Source: a virus. From it: 64,000 bases of DNA. The stretch covers positions 1-64,000 of the IMG/VR virus record IMGVR_UViG_2716884767_000001, one strand, 5' to 3'. Positions 58,996 to 64,000 of the stretch are shown here, in pieces (position 1 is the stretch's first letter; every line of letters starts with the position of its first letter). A program made the position numbers and the translations under genes. Below the pieces are notes generated by a model. That model did not search any database. It saw nothing but the letters and a program-made list of their open reading frames with translations, and was not told where the DNA came from.

Positions 58996-60105
58996 ATGAC
59001 TTACACTCCCTTCACTGTTAAAATGACTGAAGAGCAAATTACTGACAAGTTAGTATCACTTTATGGATCAGAAGTTACTACTGCAGATATCAAAGCATTT
59101 TGCTCTATGAATGACATTCATTATAACACTGTCACTCGCAAGTTGCAAAAATATAAAGTAACAAAAGGTAAATGGAATCTTGAAGTTACACAAGAAGCAG
59201 TTGAGCAGATTGAAAAAACATTCAATGCACCATCCGCACCAGTTCAAGAGAAGAACTTAGTTCCAACAAAAGATGATACATTTGTTCCTTTTGGTGGTTT
59301 CAAAGATATCAAAAAGATTATTCAATCCAAGCAATTCTATCCTGCATTCATCACGGGTCTATCAGGTAATGGTAAAACATTTTCTGTTGAGCAAGCATGT
59401 GCACAACTAAATAGGGAGTTAATTAGAGTTAATATTACGATAGAGACAGATGAAGACGATCTTATTGGTGGGTTTCGTCTTGTTGATGGTAACACTGTTT
59501 GGCACAATGGACCAGTTATCGAATCTTTGGAGAGGGGAGCTATACTCCTTCTAGATGAGATTGATTTAGCATCAAACAAGATTCTATGTTTACAATCTAT
59601 TCTTGAAGGTAAGGGTATCTTCTTGAAGAAGATAGGTAGATGGGTAAAACCTGCTGCAGGATTCAATGTCATTGCGACTGCGAATACAAAAGGTAAAGGT
59701 TCTGACGATGGTAGATTCATAGGAACGAATGTTCTTAATGAAGCATTTCTTGAAAGATTCCCTGTAACTTTTGAGCAATCATATCCATCAGTTAAGATTG
59801 AAGAGAAGTTATTAAATTTACATGCTGCAAGTGTAAATGTTTCTGATGATAAGTTTATCAAAAAACTTGTTGATTGGGCAGACATCATTCGTAAGACATT
59901 CTATGATGGTGGTATCGAAGAGATCATTAGCACTCGTCGTCTTGTTCACATCATTCGTGCATTCTCTATCTTTAAAGATAAGGCAAAGGCAATTCAAGTT
60001 TGTACAAATCGTTTTGATGATGAAACAAAGCAATCATTCATGGAACTTTATGACAAAGTAGATGCTGACTTTAACCTACCAGTTGACCAACAGTCAGGAG
60101 AGTGA
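58996..60105 (+). CDS. cobS: MoxR-family AAA+ ATPase (phage CobS-like)
   Basis: GLSGNGKT, ETDEDDLIGG, LLLDEID, ATANTKG, NEAFLERF and ISTRRL. Confidence 0.93.
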   Translation: MTYTPFTVKMTEEQITDKLVSLYGSEVTTADIKAFCSMNDIHYNTVTRKLQKYKVTKGKWNLEVTQEAVEQIEKTFNAPSAPVQEKNLVPTKDDTFVPFGGFKDIKKIIQSKQFYPAFITGLSGNGKTFSVEQACAQLNRELIRVNITIETDEDDLIGGFRLVDGNTVWHNGPVIESLERGAILLLDEIDLASNKILCLQSILEGKGIFLKKIGRWVKPAAGFNVIATANTKGKGSDDGRFIGTNVLNEAFLERFPVTFEQSYPSVKIEEKLLNLHAASVNVSDDKFIKKLVDWADIIRKTFYDGGIEEIISTRRLVHIIRAFSIFKDKAKAIQVCTNRFDDETKQSFMELYDKVDADFNLPVDQQSGE

Positions 60106-60111
60106 TATAAT
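60083..60111 (+). promoter_or_regulatory. Sigma70-like promoter
   Basis: TTGACC-17 nt-TATAAT with an extended TG. Confidence 0.7.
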
Positions 60112-60889
60112 GAATGCATGGAGTTTATTGTATGATATTCTCAATGGCACATTTGATAAGGAGTATCCAATCGTGGATAAAAAAGAAGTAGATGAGAAGA
60201 CAGGATTGTGGAAAGAACCCGATCCTGTCGAACATTCAGATTATTATTACGATTATAAACGTAATGATCCGAATGCAGAAAATCCTTTTACTGATCCTGC
60301 AGATCGAGCAAGAGCAGAAAGAGTAGTTAGCAACATTGATAAAGATCTAGAGTGGATAGAAAAGTCTGGTGGATTTGAGTGGACACCAGGTTCACCTTGG
60401 CCACCTTCTGATCCAGAGGAAGATGATCTTGATTATGATATAGATCTATCCACAATAGATGATCAGTATTCACATCATTTTACTAATGCCAATTCACCAT
60501 ATAATGATGGGTGGACTCAAGAATTTCACAAAAGAGAATTAGAAAAAATGGATTACAAACCACAAAGAAATCATCAATACAAATATCATGAACAGGAAAT
60601 TCTAAAAGATATTGAAGAATATGTTTCTAATACTTACAATGGACATTATACAGGAACGAAACATGAGTTTCGTAAAGTTCAAACAATTGATTTAATGGCA
60701 GCAAGAGATATTGCAGCACAATTCTGCCAAGCAAATATATTGAAGTATGGAAGTCGTTATGGAAGTAAAGATGGGAGAAATAAAAAAGACTTGTTAAAAG
60801 TTATACACTATGCTATGCTGTTATTACACTTTGATGGACATTATGGAGAACCATCCATGCCATCTGGAAACTTTGATCAAATGCCTTAA
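60110..60889 (+). CDS. DUF3310-like protein with long acidic N-terminal extension
   Basis: C-terminal TY..HY..QTID..FC.ANILKY..RYG.K.G..K.DL.K..HY; start MNAWSLL with SD AGGAG. Confidence 0.8.
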   Translation: MNAWSLLYDILNGTFDKEYPIVDKKEVDEKTGLWKEPDPVEHSDYYYDYKRNDPNAENPFTDPADRARAERVVSNIDKDLEWIEKSGGFEWTPGSPWPPSDPEEDDLDYDIDLSTIDDQYSHHFTNANSPYNDGWTQEFHKRELEKMDYKPQRNHQYKYHEQEILKDIEEYVSNTYNGHYTGTKHEFRKVQTIDLMAARDIAAQFCQANILKYGSRYGSKDGRNKKDLLKVIHYAMLLLHFDGHYGEPSMPSGNFDQMP

Positions 60890-61575
60890 TGATGAAATTA
60901 CGTGAATCTATGAAATTAACAGACAGCACTTTAACTGTTCTAAAAAACTTTGCAGGAATTAATAATTCAATACTTGTAAAGAAAGGAAATAAACTTCGCA
61001 CAATATCAGTTGCTAAAAATATTTTAGCAGAGGCAGATATATCTGAGGATTTTCCAAAAGATGTTGCAATATATGATCTTAATCAATTTTTAAATGGATT
61101 GAGTCTTCATCAGGATCCTAATTTAGATTTTAGTGAGGAATCATATTTAACTATTCGTGAGGGTAAGAGAAGGGTAAAGTATTTTTATGCTGATCCGCAG
61201 GTCATTATTTCACCACCAGAAAAAGAAATAACTCTTCCAACTGAGGATGTTTGTTTTCAGTTAGAGAGTGTTACTCTAGAGAAATTACTTAAGGCAGCAG
61301 CAGTTTATCAATTGCCAGATTTAGCAGCAGTTGGTGAGGCAGGTGTTGTTAAACTTGTTGTTCGTGATAAAAAAAATGATACATCAAATGAATTTGCAGT
61401 TGTTGTTGGTGAAACTGATAGAGACTTTACTTTTAATTTTAAAGTAGAAAATATCAAGATAATACCTGGTGCTTATGATGTTGTCATATCATCTAAACTT
61501 CTTGCAAAATTTACTAATTCGAATTATAATTTAATTTACTACATAGCATTGGAACCAGACTCTTCTTTTGGATAA
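60889..61575 (+). CDS. gp45: DNA polymerase sliding clamp gp45 (start may be 60892 or 60910)
   Basis: MKL...T..VLKNFAGIN.SI, IYDLNQFL, KVEN.KI.PG.Y and Y.IALE.DS. Confidence 0.96.
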   Translation: MMKLRESMKLTDSTLTVLKNFAGINNSILVKKGNKLRTISVAKNILAEADISEDFPKDVAIYDLNQFLNGLSLHQDPNLDFSEESYLTIREGKRRVKYFYADPQVIISPPEKEITLPTEDVCFQLESVTLEKLLKAAAVYQLPDLAAVGEAGVVKLVVRDKKNDTSNEFAVVVGETDRDFTFNFKVENIKIIPGAYDVVISSKLLAKFTNSNYNLIYYIALEPDSSFG

Positions 61576-61748
61576 TGAAGTATCATTTATACGACGAAAA
61601 GGAAAGGCATCAAGGTCGATTTGATTCAATCGAACAATTGAGAAATTTTTTATGTGATCGTAAATATGATATAAATTGTGATAAAGATATAGGATGTACA
61701 TTTGATTACATCAAATCTATTAAATGGTATTTTGAAATAGAAGAATGA
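61575..61748 (+). CDS. Hypothetical protein (57 aa, MKYHLYDEKERHQG...)
   Basis: Translated by hand; coupled overlaps. Confidence 0.7.
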   Translation: MKYHLYDEKERHQGRFDSIEQLRNFLCDRKYDINCDKDIGCTFDYIKSIKWYFEIEE

Positions 61749-61831
61749 ATAACATAGGATTAGAAGTTGTCTTTTGGACAGTATTATCAGTTTATCTCTT
61801 AGCAAAGTTAGGAGTATTTAAAAAGAAATGA
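61745..61831 (+). CDS. Tiny membrane protein (28 aa, MNNIGLEVVFWTVLSVYLLAKLGVFKKK)
   Basis: Translated by hand; ATGA overlaps on both sides; one TM helix with a basic tail. Confidence 0.6.
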   Translation: MNNIGLEVVFWTVLSVYLLAKLGVFKKK

Positions 61832-62049
61832 CTGCTATTAATAGATGTCGATTGATAGGAAGTGTTCTTTTAATATTAGGATATTTTCTAGTTTTATATG
61901 TTGATGTAAAGTCTGGATGCACCGCTAGACTTTTTGGTAATCTTTTAGTATTGCCATTTTCAATAAATTGTAAAGCATATGATATTGCTTTTGTATCATC
62001 TTTCTTTGCAGTTATCGATATATCAAAGATTATTCAATTATCCACATGA
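61828..62049 (+). CDS. Small multi-pass membrane protein (73 aa)
   Basis: Three hydrophobic segments. Confidence 0.75.
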   Translation: MTAINRCRLIGSVLLILGYFLVLYVDVKSGCTARLFGNLLVLPFSINCKAYDIAFVSSFFAVIDISKIIQLST

Positions 62050-62258
62050 CTCAAAAAGTGAACTATTCTCTTACTGAGGAGGAATGGGAATGTGTTAGGG
62101 TATGTGTGTCAAATGCACCCATACCCTATGATATTACAAAAAAGAAAATACCTGGTAATATCCTACAAAAAATAGGACAACCAATTAGAAAGAAAGAAGA
62201 AGGTATTGCCAAAGTAAAATACGATTTAACACCATACGGAATACAATCTGACGAATGA
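62046..62258 (+). CDS. Hypothetical protein (70 aa)
   Basis: Coupled ORF. Confidence 0.75.
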   Translation: MTQKVNYSLTEEEWECVRVCVSNAPIPYDITKKKIPGNILQKIGQPIRKKEEGIAKVKYDLTPYGIQSDE

Positions 62259-62530
62259 AACTCACACAAGAACTTATTGACAAAATTCAAGAAGCAATGC
62301 TTCATACTAATCTAAAAGGTGAAATAAACTGGAAAGATGGTGATGATATAGAAGTTAATCTTGCAGGGACTTTTGCAAAAGATAAATTTATTGTCATCAA
62401 GAATAAAACTAAAGATCCTGTTGTAAGTGCTTTACCACATCCTTTGTATGATTATGAAAAGAATGTCTTTACCGAAGATGGTAGAGAGCAATACATGAAA
62501 GAGCAGTGGATTAAGAAGGAGAAAAAATGA
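62255..62530 (+). CDS. Hypothetical protein (91 aa)
   Basis: Coupled ORF; NWKDGDDIEV segment. Confidence 0.75.
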   Translation: MKLTQELIDKIQEAMLHTNLKGEINWKDGDDIEVNLAGTFAKDKFIVIKNKTKDPVVSALPHPLYDYEKNVFTEDGREQYMKEQWIKKEKK

Positions 62531-62679
62531 ACTTTGAATATCTTGAAGAAACAATTGTAGATCAGATTCAAATTCTTGCAGAAGAATTAGGTGGAAAAAT
62601 GTCAAAATCAACACGTCACGATTACACTGGAAGAAGTAGTAAGATAATTACTATTGAGTATGATGTAACAGAATCTTAG
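62527..62679 (+). CDS. Hypothetical protein (50 aa, ...[12 protein letters not shown])
   Basis: Translated by hand; ATGA overlap. Confidence 0.7.
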   Translation: MNFEYLEETIVDQIQILAEELGGKMSKSTRHDYTGRSSKIITIEYDVTES

Positions 62680-62680
62680 T

Positions 62681-64000
62681 ATGTCAGAATTTATTCAAAG
62701 ACACATTGGTCCTACACCAGAAGAACAATCTAAAATGTTAGATGATTTAGGTGTATCTACTATTGATGAACTTGTAAGACAAATCGTGCCAGATTCGATT
62801 TTACTTCGTGGTGATAATAATTTACCAGAACCATGTAGTGAACAACAGGCACTTGAAGAATTAAAAGAAATTGCAGAACATAATATTGTTAGAAGAACTT
62901 TAATTGGTCAAGGATATTATGGTACGATTACTCCTCCAGTGATACTCCGTAATGTATTTGAAAATCCTGCTTGGTATACATCCTATACACCATATCAGGC
63001 AGAGATATCGCAGGGTAGATTAGAAGCATTATTTAATTATCAAACACTGATTACTGAACTTACTGGACTACCAGTTGCAAATGCATCTTTATTGGATGAA
63101 GGAACTGCAGCAGCAGAGGCCATGTTACTTGCTCACAGTGCATCTAAAAAAGATACATTTTTAGTTGACAGTGAAGTATTTCCACAAACTCTTGCAGTTT
63201 TACAAACAAGAGCAGAACCACTAGGAATTAGAATAAAATTACTTGATTGGCATACTGTAGCAACATTAGAAGATTTTGAAGATGCCTTTGGATTATTGGT
63301 TCAACTACCAAATAATAAGGGAAGACTTCGTGATCCGAGTTCACTTCTTCGTATTGCAGATGTGCATAAATGTATAAAGATTGCAATCGTAGATCCAATG
63401 TGTCAGGTTTTAATGAAACCTGTAGGAGAATGGGGATTTGATATTGCAGTTGGTAGTATGCAGAGGTTTGGAATCCCTATGGGTTTTGGAGGACCTCATG
63501 CAGCATTCTTTGCAACCACTGACAAATATAAACGTAAGATTCCTGGACGAATTGTAGGGCAGTCTCTAGACTCCCAAGGTAATAAAGCATTACGATTAGC
63601 ATTACAGACAAGGGAACAACACATAAGACGAGACAAAGCAACGTCCAATATATGCACTGCTCAAGCACTCCTCGCAAATATGGCAGGGTTTTATGCTGCT
63701 TATCACGGTTCGGAAGGTTTGAAAAAAATAGCAGATAGAATACTGCGATATAGGCACTTGTTACTAACAGCATTGAAATGGTGTGGTATTGAGGTTGATG
63801 AACATGAAGGATTTGATACTGTAAGATTTAAAGGTAAAAAAACTATAAAAGATTTCAATGTTCGATATGAAGATGGTTGGACTATTCTTTCATTAGATGA
63901 GCTTACAACATTAGAAGAAGTAGCATTGATTGTGTATTCACAATATGAAGATTTTCCTTTTAATGTGACCGATATCATTAAAAGATATGAGTGGTCAAAT
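62681..64000 (+). CDS. gcvP: Glycine dehydrogenase (glycine cleavage P protein), 5' part, runs off the window
   Basis: Absent from the ORF track; 440 open codons by hand: [72 protein letters not shown] and [27 protein letters not shown]. Confidence 0.97.
   Translation, partial: MSEFIQRHIGPTPEEQSKMLDDLGVSTIDELVRQIVPDSILLRGDNNLPEPCSEQQALEELKEIAEHNIVRRTLIGQGYYGTITPPVILRNVFENPAWYTSYTPYQAEISQGRLEALFNYQTLITELTGLPVANASLLDEGTAAAEAMLLAHSASKKDTFLVDSEVFPQTLAVLQTRAEPLGIRIKLLDWHTVATLEDFEDAFGLLVQLPNNKGRLRDPSSLLRIADVHKCIKIAIVDPMCQVLMKPVGEWGFDIAVGSMQRFGIPMGFGGPHAAFFATTDKYKRKIPGRIVGQSLDSQGNKALRLALQTREQHIRRDKATSNICTAQALLANMAGFYAAYHGSEGLKKIADRILRYRHLLLTALKWCGIEVDEHEGFDTVRFKGKKTIKDFNVRYEDGWTILSLDELTTLEEVALIVYSQYEDFPFNVTDIIKRYEWSN

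Noticed and set aside
58996-60105. cobS as a cobalamin-synthesis auxiliary gene
   Set aside because: It has generic MoxR AAA+ motifs, its partner carries a peptidase motif, and no other cob genes are in the window.
220-63978. All minus-strand ORFs and nested alternative-frame plus-strand ORFs in the track
   Set aside because: They overlap well-supported + strand genes, lack recognisable motifs and read as shadow frames.
1-64000. tRNA/rRNA genes and a diversity-generating retroelement
   Set aside because: No cloverleaf or T-loop motifs seen in the short intergenic spaces; no reverse transcriptase or TR/VR pair noticed (by eye only).

Overview
This is an AT-rich 64-kb segment of a T4-like marine cyanomyovirus (Kyanoviridae-type). 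A Prochlorococcus host is likely but inferred only. Essentially all credible genes are on the + strand. Order: (1) 1-2.7 kb, an array of small early genes, each cassette headed by a repeated palindrome + stem-loop + -10 box + CU-rich leader; (2) a structured non-coding boundary, then AbrB-like, GT-A glycosyltransferase-like, mini-fibre/chaperone and 2OG-oxygenase genes; (3) the virion module gp25-gp6-gp7-like (split by a 1-nt frameshift)-gp8-VrlC-fibre-gp13-14-15-16-[basic polyprotein]-gp17-18-19-20-21-22-23-gp3; (4) uvsY, uvsW, gp55, gp47, gp46, an HExxH-vWA protein with a MoxR/CobS AAA+ ATPase, gp45, small ORFs and a glycine dehydrogenase gcvP that runs off the window end. The best leads are: (a) late-promoter-driven basic proteins with T4-like capsid-targeting sequences plus a 592-aa polyprotein punctuated by prohead-protease-like sites, a candidate injected-peptide system; (b) a recurrent G-[IVLF]-x-T motif in exterior virion proteins, a candidate modification sequon; (c) the 22-bp palindromic early-promoter regulon; (d) a near-consensus antisense promoter upstream of gp55; (e) the repeat-rich boundary at about 2.7 kb. 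I saw no tRNA, rRNA, CRISPR array, intein or intron. All calls were made by eye, without database searches.
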